Shown here in pieces: positions 37,673 to 46,633 of a DNA stretch of 64,000 nt. The notes beneath the pieces were generated by a model that was not told where the DNA came from, did not search any database, and was given only the letters and a program-made list of their open reading frames with translations. The number at the start of each line of letters is the position of its first letter. Position 1 is the stretch's first letter. This DNA is from an uncultured Acidobacteriota bacterium (GTDB lineage: Bacteria; Acidobacteriota; Terriglobia; Acidiferrales; UBA7541): assembly GCA_963696035.1 (NCBI GenBank), contig CAVOIS010000006.1:180486-244485 (forward strand). The letters are read 5' to 3'. The translations under genes and the position numbers were made by a program.

Positions 37673-37996
37673 CAGCACAAGCTTGAGTCACAGAACGACT
37701 ACGTCCACAGTCAGCGCTCGATTGGCGGGCGGGAGAGCAACTGCACGCGTCTTACGCCATCTGCGACGAACAGAGGATTCTGCTACAGCCAGCTTCTGAC
37801 CGCAACAGTCAGCCCCCCTCGGCGCAGTCGCCTCGTTGGCGGCTGGCACTGGGCGCGCATCCCGGTCCAGATCGCGCGAATTTTGGCCAGCTCTTTTGCG
37901 AGAGGCACTTTCGATCCGGCCAGCTTCTCCCCGCACTGCCAGTATTCTTGAGACCTGCCTTTGAACCGAGCGAGTTTGTTTGCATCTTCGAGAATT
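37673..37996 (+). repeat. dispersed repeat R2, copy A (longest)
   Basis: Aligns by eye with 46908-47190 over most of its length and with 41011-41135 over the core ..CGATTGGCGGG..GAGCAACTGCACGCGTCTTACGCCATCTGCGACGAACAGAGGATTCTGCTACAGCCAGCTTCTGACCGCAACAGTCAGCC... The 3' third is homologous to codons of gene 29697..30878. Confidence 0.7.
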
Positions 37997-38236
37997 TCGT
38001 CAAGGCCTGCAGCCTCTGTCCGAAGCAAGAGTGTGCCTAATCAGTTAACACGTGGATGCGCAGTGTCTCGTTTTGGACAGCTACCTCCGGTCCTGTCTGA
38101 ATATGGTTGTCATCGGTTGTTTCTGGCCGAATTCCGGGGGTCAGTTCGCGAAGGGGCTGGCTCCCGTGAATCAGGAGGACTTTCGATACTTTCAGCCTTA
38201 CGAGATCGCGTCAAGCAAGCTGACCAACCCTCGGTC

Positions 38237-39577
38237 TTGAACGGACCGGCTGGCAGAAGGCTCCCCTTGCGCATCCTGTTTGTTCATAGTGAGGCCGCGG
38301 AAGTACAGCATTGCGTACGGGAGCTCAGGAGGGCGTATTTCAAGGTCAGCGCAGACGTGGTTCTAACTCCGGCGCAGTCTGCTAGACGTCTGAACTCAAA
38401 ATATTATGACGTGGTGCTAGCTGAGTACCCAGGGCCGAACTGGCGACGACCGCAGGCGCTGGAAATCCTGCATCTACGGGATCGGCAGATTCCTTGCATC
38501 TTCCTGACCGACACAATCCAACCGGAGACCGTGGCGAAACTTATTACAGAAGGCGCTGCGGATTGCGTTGAAATGGATCACGTGGGGCACCTTCCTGTAG
38601 CCATTCGCCGAGCCCTCAATGAGAACAAGCTGCGCGAAGAGCGCGATCAAACAGAAAAAAAGCTGCGCCATTCAGAAGCACGCTACCGCGCTCTTGTAGG
38701 AAACCTGACCTATGGTATGTGTCGTTGCAACGTCAAAGGAAAGTTCCTGGACGTCAATCAGGCGTTGGTGACCATGCTTGGTTATTCTTCTCGCGAGGAA
38801 CTCCTGACCGCGAACCTTGCAACTGATATCCTTTGCGATCCCTCCAAACGAGCACATTTACTGGGCCACTCCATCTCGCAGGATGGCGCCGATCCCCTGG
38901 AAATTGAATGGAGGCGGAAGAATGGCACGACCCTCACAGTTCGGCTCAGCGGACGCGAGGTCAGCAGTCGCGGCGAAATGGACAGCTACGAGATGATCGT
39001 CGAGGACGTCACCCAACAGCGCAAGCTCGAGGATCATTTGCGTCAACAGGCAACCAAGGATTCTCTGACCGGACTAGCCAACTACCGGCATCTGGTGGAA
39101 ACCGTCGACACTGAGATCAAGCGCTCCGAGCGCACAGCGCGGGAGTTCGCGCTCTTGTTCCTTGACCTGGACGGGTTGAAACAGATCAATGATCGGTTTG
39201 GCCACCTAGTTGGCAGTCAGGCGCTTTGCCGGCTGGCCGACGTTTTGTGCATTTGTAGCCGGAAGATTGATACTGCGGCGCGTTTCGGCGGCGATGAGTT
39301 TGCGCTTGTGCTGCCCGAGACAGGGCAGGTGCAGGCCCACTTAGTTGCCCGGCGGATTTGCGACCGTCTTGCGAATGATGGAAAGGAGCCAAAGCTGTCG
39401 GTCAGCATCGGCGTTGCTATTTATCCGACAGATGGCGAAACGATAGATTTTCTCTTAGGCGCGGCAGACGCAGCATTGTACTCGATGAAAGCTAGAACAC
39501 GCAGCCGGACGCGAGCACCCAGTGGAAGACCGCGGAGATCCGTGATAAGGCGGAGGGACGGTAGCAAGACGGGCTAG
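38237..39577 (+). CDS. pseudo-receiver-PAS-GGDEF diguanylate cyclase
   Basis: ORF 37961..39577. The upstream part translates repeat R2, so TTG 38237 is proposed (start uncertain). The REC-like domain lacks the acidic pocket (VHSE), the phospho-Asp (VLAEY) and the Lys (CVEMD). PAS follows, then GGDEF with intact RFGGDEFALV and I-site RKID five residues upstream. Confidence 0.85.
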   Translation: MNGPAGRRLPLRILFVHSEAAEVQHCVRELRRAYFKVSADVVLTPAQSARRLNSKYYDVVLAEYPGPNWRRPQALEILHLRDRQIPCIFLTDTIQPETVAKLITEGAADCVEMDHVGHLPVAIRRALNENKLREERDQTEKKLRHSEARYRALVGNLTYGMCRCNVKGKFLDVNQALVTMLGYSSREELLTANLATDILCDPSKRAHLLGHSISQDGADPLEIEWRRKNGTTLTVRLSGREVSSRGEMDSYEMIVEDVTQQRKLEDHLRQQATKDSLTGLANYRHLVETVDTEIKRSERTAREFALLFLDLDGLKQINDRFGHLVGSQALCRLADVLCICSRKIDTAARFGGDEFALVLPETGQVQAHLVARRICDRLANDGKEPKLSVSIGVAIYPTDGETIDFLLGAADAALYSMKARTRSRTRAPSGRPRRSVIRRRDGSKTG

Positions 39578-39584
39578 GGAACCA

Positions 39585-39818
39585 ATGAAGCACAAACCCA
39601 ACCTGATTGGTATCCACTGCATTTCAGCTTTTCGGTTGGACCCAACGTTGACCAGCGAAGAGGCAATCGTACTGCGGGCGCTCGTCGCCGGACAGACCGA
39701 CAGACAGGTATGTAATGAGCTCCGCATGGACCCAACGACGTTCCTTCTTATGATGCGTGACATGCGGGAAAAGAGCGGCACGGCGGATAACGTTAGTGGG
39801 GGCCGTAGAGCCAAGTAG
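39585..39818 (+). CDS. 77-aa LuxR/GerE-type HTH protein
   Basis: ATG lies 8 nt after the GGDEF stop. LTSEEAIVLRALVAGQTDRQVCNELRMDPTTFLLMMRDMREK fits the GerE helix-turn-helix pattern. Confidence 0.6.
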   Translation: MKHKPNLIGIHCISAFRLDPTLTSEEAIVLRALVAGQTDRQVCNELRMDPTTFLLMMRDMREKSGTADNVSGGRRAK

Positions 39819-39840
39819 ATTCCCCGCGAAAAGTCGACGA

Positions 39841-40533
39841 TTACTCGTGCAGGACGACGCTGAGGAGGGAATTGTGAATCTCAAGTCCGCCATTGTAATG
39901 AATGAAGCCGAGTTTCCTGAATTTGTTCATAAAAAAATTTACGCGTGAGCGTGTTGTGCCGACCATTTCCGCCAGCATCTCCTGAGATACTTTGGGGAGC
40001 ATCTTTGGAGGTTGGCTTTGTTTACCATAGCGCGCCAGCAGCAGCAGAGTACGCGCCAGCCGTTTCTCGCTGGAGTTGAAAAGCTGATCGACCAAGTCTT
40101 CCTCGACTCGGATGTTCCGTCCAAGTATGTAATAAATGAAACGGTCGGAAAACGCGTGTTCCTCACGGAGCACGCGCATCATCTCTTTCTTTTCAATGAA
40201 TAGTATGGACGCGGGTATAATGGCCGTGGCCGTCGCCGTGCAAACAGTCTGACCTACCAGGCATCCCTCACCAAAAAAATCGCCCGGTCCCAGAATCGCC
40301 ACGACCGCCTCTTTGCCGACCTCATTGACAACGGAGAGTTTCACACCGCCTTTTTGGATGTACTCCACGCTCTTGGTGGGATCACCTTGAGAGTAGATCT
40401 TCTCTGATCTTCGATACCTCGCAACCTTTCTCGCCACACCGGCCGAATCGAGAAAAGCTTGCACATCGAAAGCGTGCTTGTCCTTGAATTGTATCTTGGA
40501 TTTGACGATGTTCGACCTCGCGATTGCCCGCAT
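39841..40533 (-). CDS. Crp/Fnr family transcriptional regulator
   Basis: cNMP-binding beta-roll (IYSQGDP ... GPGDFFGEG) and C-terminal HTH (SQEMLAEMVGTTRSRVNFFMNKFRKLGFI). Confidence 0.9.
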   Translation of the reverse strand: MRAIARSNIVKSKIQFKDKHAFDVQAFLDSAGVARKVARYRRSEKIYSQGDPTKSVEYIQKGGVKLSVVNEVGKEAVVAILGPGDFFGEGCLVGQTVCTATATAIIPASILFIEKKEMMRVLREEHAFSDRFIYYILGRNIRVEEDLVDQLFNSSEKRLARTLLLLARYGKQSQPPKMLPKVSQEMLAEMVGTTRSRVNFFMNKFRKLGFIHYNGGLEIHNSLLSVVLHE

Positions 40534-40664
40534 AACACCACCGCTTGATCAAAATACTAGCAGAATCATACGACTCAAGACAAGATTCATGCATGGCTGG
40601 CATGGCTGGTCGTGGTGCGGTTTGACTCGGTTGCTCCGCGGATAAGATTCCCAATTGAGAGTTG

Positions 40665-40871
40665 CTACTTCTTCGATAGCTCGCCCTTGAAATGACCTTC
40701 AACATCTTCACGACTCAGAGGGTTTCTGGCTTTGGTCAATACGACCGAATAGACGACCTCATTCCCTGCAATCTGCGCGGTGATAAATGCCCCGTCTTCC
40801 GGCAGTTCTTGGTAGATGAATTTCACCTTCCTGCCGTCTTCAAGTTTCTTGATCCACTCTTCGTCTTGCAT
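40665..40871 (-). CDS. 68-aa hypothetical protein
   Basis: ATG preceded by GGAGAGATACGAAA. No recognisable domain. Confidence 0.4.
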   Translation of the reverse strand: MQDEEWIKKLEDGRKVKFIYQELPEDGAFITAQIAGNEVVYSVVLTKARNPLSREDVEGHFKGELSKK

Positions 40872-40939
40872 TTTCGTATCTCTCCAGGCGAGATCAGTGT
40901 ATGTGGCGAGTATACGTTGTTCAGTGCGGGACAGGACTC

Positions 40940-40995
40940 CATAGCATTGAAGGCACGCTGCGGCTACATGCCGTGATCGGCGAGGACGCGCCGCT
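40940..40995 (+). pseudogene. remnant of a TonB C-terminal domain
   Basis: IEGTLRLHAVIGEDA (from 40946) versus IEGTVQLHAVIGKDG of gene 31559..32503. The nucleotide similarity is also visible. Confidence 0.45.
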
Positions 40996-41010
40996 CTGGT
41001 GCCTCATCAT

Positions 41011-41135
41011 GTCCAGCGACACCGTGGGGCGATTGGCGGGGCCGGGGGAGCAAACTTCGCGCGTCTCAAGCCATCTGCGACGAACATGGGTTTCTGCTAC
41101 AGGCAGCTTCTGACCGCAACAGTCAGCCTCCTCGG
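41011..41135 (+). repeat. dispersed repeat R2, copy C (core only)
   Basis: ..GCGATTGGCGGGGCCGGGGGAGCAAACTTCGCGCGTCTCAAGCCATCTGCGACGAACATGGGTTTCTGCTACAGGCAGCTTCTGACCGCAACAGTCAGCC... It lies 320 nt upstream of the TonB-dependent receptor. Confidence 0.65.
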
Positions 41136-41454
41136 CCTACTGGTTTGCTATCGGTCGCTGACGCATCCTAGCTCTGACATTGAGCTTAGAAATGCTGAAA
41201 TCAACAGGGCCTGGACGGCCACGCGAAGATCCGTGGCCGTCGCAACTTTCCGCTCAGTCGCTGCTCAACGGCACCATCGGATCCACCCGGGACGCAATGA
41301 GCGCCGGGATTTAACATTGTGCGAGCGCGGCTGTGGTGAGCAAAACTGACCCTCCAATGAAAGTGGCAGGGTCGGTCGCAGTCACGCCAAACAATTCGCT
41401 TGAGAACAAACGTGTCAGGGACGGGGCCCAACACCGGTTGTAGAATAGGCCCAA

Positions 41455-43989
41455 ATGGCTTGCTCTGCGATTTCCGCAGGGAGGCGCCGCGTGGCTGCAT
41501 GGGCGTTTACGCTCGTTGCGGCCACGACGCCGTGGGTGCGCGCCGCCGAGCCCCCAGGCTTCCAACCTCCGCAGCAGGGTCCCGAAAGTTACCGTTTGAC
41601 GGTAACGGTCAAGGACGAGACCGGCATCGTGGTTGCGAGCGCCCACATGACGCTCACGCCTCCTGGTGGGCAAGCTCCGCTCGACACTTCCACTGATTTC
41701 GCCGGCCGCGTCGAATTCACCGGCCTTGCCGCCGGCCTCTATTCGCTCTCCGTGGAAAAAGTAGGCTTCTACGCGCGGTTGAATACTCCCGTGCAAGTCG
41801 GGCAAACCGAGTCCGTCGATATCACGCTTCCTCACCAGCAGGAATATAAAGAGAACGTGCAGGTGTATTATTCCCCTCCGGCAATCGACCCGGCCCAAAC
41901 CTCCACCTCCCAGCAATTGACCGCGCAGGAAATTATCCAGCTCCCCTATCCCGCCACGCGCGACATTCGCAACGCCTTGCCGCTCCTGCCGGGGGTCTTG
42001 CCGGACAACTCCTCTCCCGGCCAGATCCATGTCGCCGGCGCCGCCAGCAATCAAACCCTCTACACCCTCGACGGATTTGACATCAGCCAGCCCGTTAGCG
42101 GCCTTCTCGATATTCGCGTCAGCACCGACGCCATCCGCTCCGTTGAAGTTCTCACGAGCCGGTATTCCGTCGCCTCCGGATGGGGTTCCGGCGGCTTACT
42201 CAGTTTCGAGACCGGAATGGGCGACGACCATTTCCGCTTCTTCGCCACCGATTTCGTTCCCAGTTTTCAAGATCGCCGCGGACTTCACATCGATAACACC
42301 ACTCCGCGTTTCACTTTCTCCGGCCCGCTTTGGAAGGGCAAGGCCTGGTTTTACGAAGCCGTCGAGGGGGAATACGACTACAATCTTTTTGCGGAACTTC
42401 CCCCCGGCCAGGATACCGACCATTACTGGCGCTACAGCAACCTGACCCGCGCGCAGGTCAACCTCACACAAGGCAATCGCCTCACTGCCAGTTACCTCTA
42501 CAATCATTCCAATGAGGACCACGCCGGCCTTTCGATTATTCAGCCGCTCTCGACGACTACCCACAAGATCAAGTCCGCCGATCTGGCGGACTTGAAAGAC
42601 CAAAACACGTGGTCCAACGGCATGTTGTTCGAACTGGGTTTCGGTTTCCTTCAATTCACCTCCGATGCCTTGCCGCTAGGATCTCTTCCTTACGTCCAGC
42701 TTCCGGGCAGCGCCTCGGGCAATTATTACCTGACGTCTTCGAGCACTGTCCGCCGCTTCGAAGGCCTCGCGAACCTGTACCTTCCCTCCGTCGAATGGCA
42801 CGGCCGCCATGAATTTTCGCTTGGCGCCGCCCTCGAGCGCACCAGCGACCTCCAATTCGCCACGCGCCAGCCCTTTACTATCGAAACCACTGCTGGCGTA
42901 CTTGTCCGCTCCGTCAACTTCACCAGCAGCCCTTCCTTCGAGCAAGATCTCTTTGCTGGCACCGCCTTCTTGCAGGATCGCTGGTCGCCTATGTCATCTC
43001 TGCTTCTCGAATCCGGCGTGCGTTTCGACGAGGATGATCTTCTCCACCGCGCCGTCGTCTCTCCGCGCGTCGCCGTCACCTGGATGATCACCCGCGACGA
43101 CCAGACCAAACTTTCGGCCGGCGCCGGCCTCTACTACGACCGCACCGACCTCGATAAACTCACGCGCCCGCTGGCCGGCATCCGCCAGGACGTTTTTTAC
43201 GCGCCCGACGGCATCACGCCACTCGGCGCCCCGGTCACCACGAGGTTCCAAGCCGATCCGCGCGCACTCCACGCACCTGGCTACTTGAACTGGAGCCTTG
43301 CCTTAGAGCGCAAACTTCCTGCCGCAATCTACTTGAAGGCCGAATTTCTCGAGAAACGCGGCTATGATGGATTTGACTACGTGGACGAAGGCCTGGTAAT
43401 CAGCCAGAGCGGGCTTCCCAGCAGCGGGTTGTTCACCCTGCAAAACGGGCGCCGTGACAAATATGACGCGGTCACGCTCACGTTCCGCCACACCTTTCAG
43501 GAGCAGTACCCGCTGTTTTTTGCTTACACCCACTCGAAGGCCCGTTCGAACGCGGTCCTGGATTCCACTCTCGACATGCCTCTTTATAGTCCGCAGCTTC
43601 CTGGACCATTTCCGTGGGATTCGCCGAACCGTGTCCAGTTCTGGGGCGCCGCGCCGTTCCGCTTGCCCCGACTTCACGCGCTCGAATTCGATTACTCCTT
43701 CGATTGGCGCACCGGCTATCCCTACAACGTCATCAACCTCGAACAGGAGCTGGTCGGACTCCCCGGCCAAGTCCGCTTCCCCGACTTTGCCTCTCTGAAT
43801 CTCCACGTGGAGAAGCGGTTTCATCTCTTCGGATTCGAATGGGCATTGCGCGCCGGCTTCAATAACATCACCAATCGCCAGGACCCCCTCATCGTGGACA
43901 ACAACATCGATTCTCCCAACTTCCGCACCTATGGCGACTTCCTGCATCGCTCCTTCACCGGCCGCATCCGTTTCCTTGGCAGGAAGTAA
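41455..43989 (+). CDS. TonB-dependent outer-membrane receptor with N-terminal carboxypeptidase-regulatory-like domain
   Basis: Signal peptide. CarboxypepD_reg block YRLTVTVKDETGIVVASAHMTL ... GRVEFTGLAAGLYSLSVEKVGFY. Plug-like region (RDIRNALPLLPGVL ... TLYTLDGFDISQP). Long beta-barrel with alternating aromatic strands. Confidence 0.85.
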   Translation: MACSAISAGRRRVAAWAFTLVAATTPWVRAAEPPGFQPPQQGPESYRLTVTVKDETGIVVASAHMTLTPPGGQAPLDTSTDFAGRVEFTGLAAGLYSLSVEKVGFYARLNTPVQVGQTESVDITLPHQQEYKENVQVYYSPPAIDPAQTSTSQQLTAQEIIQLPYPATRDIRNALPLLPGVLPDNSSPGQIHVAGAASNQTLYTLDGFDISQPVSGLLDIRVSTDAIRSVEVLTSRYSVASGWGSGGLLSFETGMGDDHFRFFATDFVPSFQDRRGLHIDNTTPRFTFSGPLWKGKAWFYEAVEGEYDYNLFAELPPGQDTDHYWRYSNLTRAQVNLTQGNRLTASYLYNHSNEDHAGLSIIQPLSTTTHKIKSADLADLKDQNTWSNGMLFELGFGFLQFTSDALPLGSLPYVQLPGSASGNYYLTSSSTVRRFEGLANLYLPSVEWHGRHEFSLGAALERTSDLQFATRQPFTIETTAGVLVRSVNFTSSPSFEQDLFAGTAFLQDRWSPMSSLLLESGVRFDEDDLLHRAVVSPRVAVTWMITRDDQTKLSAGAGLYYDRTDLDKLTRPLAGIRQDVFYAPDGITPLGAPVTTRFQADPRALHAPGYLNWSLALERKLPAAIYLKAEFLEKRGYDGFDYVDEGLVISQSGLPSSGLFTLQNGRRDKYDAVTLTFRHTFQEQYPLFFAYTHSKARSNAVLDSTLDMPLYSPQLPGPFPWDSPNRVQFWGAAPFRLPRLHALEFDYSFDWRTGYPYNVINLEQELVGLPGQVRFPDFASLNLHVEKRFHLFGFEWALRAGFNNITNRQDPLIVDNNIDSPNFRTYGDFLHRSFTGRIRFLGRK

Positions 43990-44189
43990 GCCCGGCCTTG
44001 CGCTTGCCCGTAAAAACTTCTTCGTTGTCCGGCACGAGGCGAGCTGTATGTGGCCACTGACTTTCCCGCTCCAGAGCCGTCGCCTTTACAATCAAGTCAT
44101 CGAAGCCAATGAAGCTCTTGGCGCTCAGTCAAATTTTTCCTGCGGCTCGCGAGCTCACAATGATAGGAGGTCCTGCTCGGGACCCCGCG

Positions 44190-44480
44190 TCAAGAATTCT
44201 TGTGCCTCAAGGGACCTGTTCCGGAGCACCAGAGTTTCGTCACGACTTGGCGAGCATGCCACGAATTACGCGGTAGATAATCAGCAATCGCACCAGCAAT
44301 CGACATGATGAAACCCGCTGATTGTCCCGCCTGGTACCAACCGATCAGCTGACCCAGGTATGTGGCAACTATCGATCCCGCGATTCCTAGAGCCATAGCG
44401 ATCCAGATGCCGCCCGGATCCTTACCCGGCATGAACAGCTTCGCCAGAGCTCCCACGATCAGTCCGATGATCGCTTCCCA
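44190..44480 (-). pseudogene. GlsB/YeaQ/YmgE (transglycosylase-associated) family membrane protein, probably frameshifted
   Basis: ..LLWEAIIGLIVGALAKLFMPGKDPGGIWIAMALGIAGSIVATYLGQLIG... No ATG/GTG/TTG covers the first helix (listed ORF starts at GTG 44456). The family-typical tail LLIIYRVIRGMLAKS* is read only after a 1-nt shift near 44285. Confidence 0.5.
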
Positions 44481-44497
44481 CAGAAGGCTCAGCGATC

Positions 44498-45064
44498 TTA
44501 TTCCTTCTGACCGGCAATGAATCTGAAGGCGGCGGCGACTGCACGCTCACCAGCGTGGGCGCCAGATTCCACCTGTGTGTAATCAGGTTTCGCATTTGGC
44601 GGGAAATGCGCGGGTTCATAGCTGCCTCTTTTGATTCGAAAAACCCACACATACTCGCGTTTGTACTTTTCTGTCGGCTGAGTGTTATCCAAGAGAACTA
44701 TCGCCGACCAATTCGAAAAACCTGAACTATCGGTATGAACGGGTATCGGCATTGTGTAGTTATAGTAGTCGACGTCATGCGTAAAAATTAGAACGAAATC
44801 GACACTCGCTGGCGCAAGGGCTGGGCAGATGCTCTGAAACTTCTTCCAATTGTTTTCTATTCGCTGGTACTGCGCTATGGAAACGCCATAGGCGGAAACG
44901 TATGAGGAACAGTGCGAATCCGCCATTCGGCTGCTCGACGGCGAACTCCCCGTAATGGCAGCTTGGCCGGCCGTGCACGACCAGCCGTTGCTCGAAAAAG
45001 GCACAAGACATGCAATAAGTAGCAGAAGATTTTGCAGCTTGGCGCTTATCTGATTTCTCCTCAC
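44498..45064 (-). CDS. putative lipoprotein carrying the same uncharacterised domain as 29697..30878
   Basis: Lipobox LLLIAC. CSSYVSAYG ... ICPALAPASVDFVLIFTHDVDYYNYTMPIPVH ... KREYVWVFRIKRGSYEP aligns along the whole C-terminal domain of the 393-aa protein. Confidence 0.65.
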   Translation of the reverse strand: MRRNQISAKLQNLLLLIACLVPFSSNGWSCTAGQAAITGSSPSSSRMADSHCSSYVSAYGVSIAQYQRIENNWKKFQSICPALAPASVDFVLIFTHDVDYYNYTMPIPVHTDSSGFSNWSAIVLLDNTQPTEKYKREYVWVFRIKRGSYEPAHFPPNAKPDYTQVESGAHAGERAVAAAFRFIAGQKE

Positions 45065-45909
45065 GTTCAGTGCCTTAGTAAATGTTTTCGGTCGCAGCCA
45101 AGCCTAGTTGGTCCTGTGCTGATTTCCTCTCCCAACCAGGGATACGGCAACTCACATACCAAGGGTAAGTGTCATGTGTTCAATGAGGTGGTTTCGCCGG
45201 GCGCCATCGCTATGGAACTTCAGTTCCAACGAGTTCGCAGGATATTCCGTGCCGAGGTTCTTTCAAAGGTCCGTGGCTATTGCGTGGGAATTTTTTTCAA
45301 GCTGCCGACAACCGTAAGAGCCTGGGCCCGGGTGAACCTCTCCGAGGTCTCCGACGTTAGTTCTTGTACTACCAGGACGCTTCCCTGGCGCATTCGAAGA
45401 ATGACTCCTGGGACCGGTTCTATCACCAAGGCATTCACCTGCTCGAATGGTTTGGCCAGGATGATCGCGTTCGGATACGACGATCGAAACAGAATCTCCA
45501 GGTGAAATTGACGCGTTCTCTTCCCTATGGTGGCGATTTCGTGTCGTACATCGATGCGATCGGCGAAGTGGATGGGACAAAATGCATCATCGGTGCCTAC
45601 ATGAAAATATCTCCGTCTATTCCGTTTTAAGTGCACCTAGTTCACCATGTTCACGTTCTCCGATTTGTGGTCCACCTGGGGGCACGGTTTTCTGTGGTTC
45701 CGGTTGATTCATTTGCGCCAGACGGTGGGTTCTTCAGGTCCGAGCACAAGCTGCAGCCCTCGCGGTTAACCGAAGTATCGATCTCGAGTGCGGAGCGACG
45801 TAGCAGCGTGTGAATCCGCGCTCGGGTATCGCGGCTGAGCAGAAGTACCCAGCCAGTGTTCGTCCGTTTGCGCTCGGTCAGACCGAATGACGTCAAGACG
45901 TGCCCGAAC

Positions 45910-46174
45910 GCCCTGGCTTCGCTCGGCGACGAGCGCCACGGCCTCCGGCTCAAATAGCGCTTCGCCGCAATGGCCCGCCACTTTCAGCCGATGCCGGATA
46001 TAACCGGTCGTTTCCTCCAGCGACAGAGCTTCCAGATGGTTCACCACCGTAATGCGCTGCAGCAGTTGTGCCAGCCGATTCTGTCGCAGTTTCCTCCCCG
46101 AGTTGCGACTGCCCGGCCAGAACGATTTGCTGCAATTTGGTGTGCGACGTCTCGAAGTTCGAAAGCAGCCGGAT
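45910..46174 (-). pseudogene. fragment copy of the ExeA-like ATPase gene
   Basis: About 265 bp align with 36917-37181 at high identity by eye (KLRQNRLAQLLQRITVVNHLEALSLEETTGYIRHRLKVAGHCGEALFEPEAVALVAERSQG). A 1-nt insertion (GTTTCCTCCCC versus GTTTCTCCCC) breaks the frame, and both gene ends are missing. Confidence 0.75.
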
Positions 46175-46633
46175 GATTCACTCAAGATTGTAAGTTGAAA
46201 AGAATAAATTCCACGATTCCTTCGCGTCTCGAAGAGGGAATCGACCGCACAAAACAGCGTTATCTCCAGATTGTCATCTGTGATGCCACGGTGCGGGGTA
46301 CCAAGAAAGAAGTACCAATAGGCTATTGCTGTAACCGAATTTAAGGAGTCGTATGAAGAATAGCCGCCGCAGCGATTCGCTCAGTTCGGCTCGCTATGGC
46401 TCTTGTGTTTTGGTCTTGTCGCCGCAACGAATTGGGCGCAGAAGGATGAAATGGGCGCAATTAGCTCTCAGGTAGATTATAGCTTCGTGCTCGGAGTGGC
46501 CAGTGCAGTCGTCGGTCTCTGCGTTATGTTGACGGCGCATCACGCGCTGAGGGCTTTGTGGAAGATGCAGCGCACTACGCATTCTGGACGACCGCGGCGA
46601 CGAAAGTGAAGGGTCTAGTTACTGGTATGAGTT

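Noticed and set aside
45190-45630. Possible PD-(D/E)XK nuclease remnant on the plus strand, spread over three frames (..NFSSNEFAGYSVPRFF.., ..FYHQGIHLLEWFGQ.., ..YIDAIGEVDGTKCIIGAYMK..).
   Set aside because: The motif resemblance is weak and the catalytic D/E-x-K is not intact. A competing 119-aa antisense ORF exists. The case is too uncertain without BLASTX.
46353-46609. Small membrane-protein gene: ATG 46353 with AAGGAG upstream, and ORF 46403..46609 with a hydrophobic stretch and an RRRK tail (PEP-CTERM-like look).
   Set aside because: The SD-linked ATG and the hydrophobic ORF are in different frames, and there is no PEP motif. Most likely another decayed fragment.
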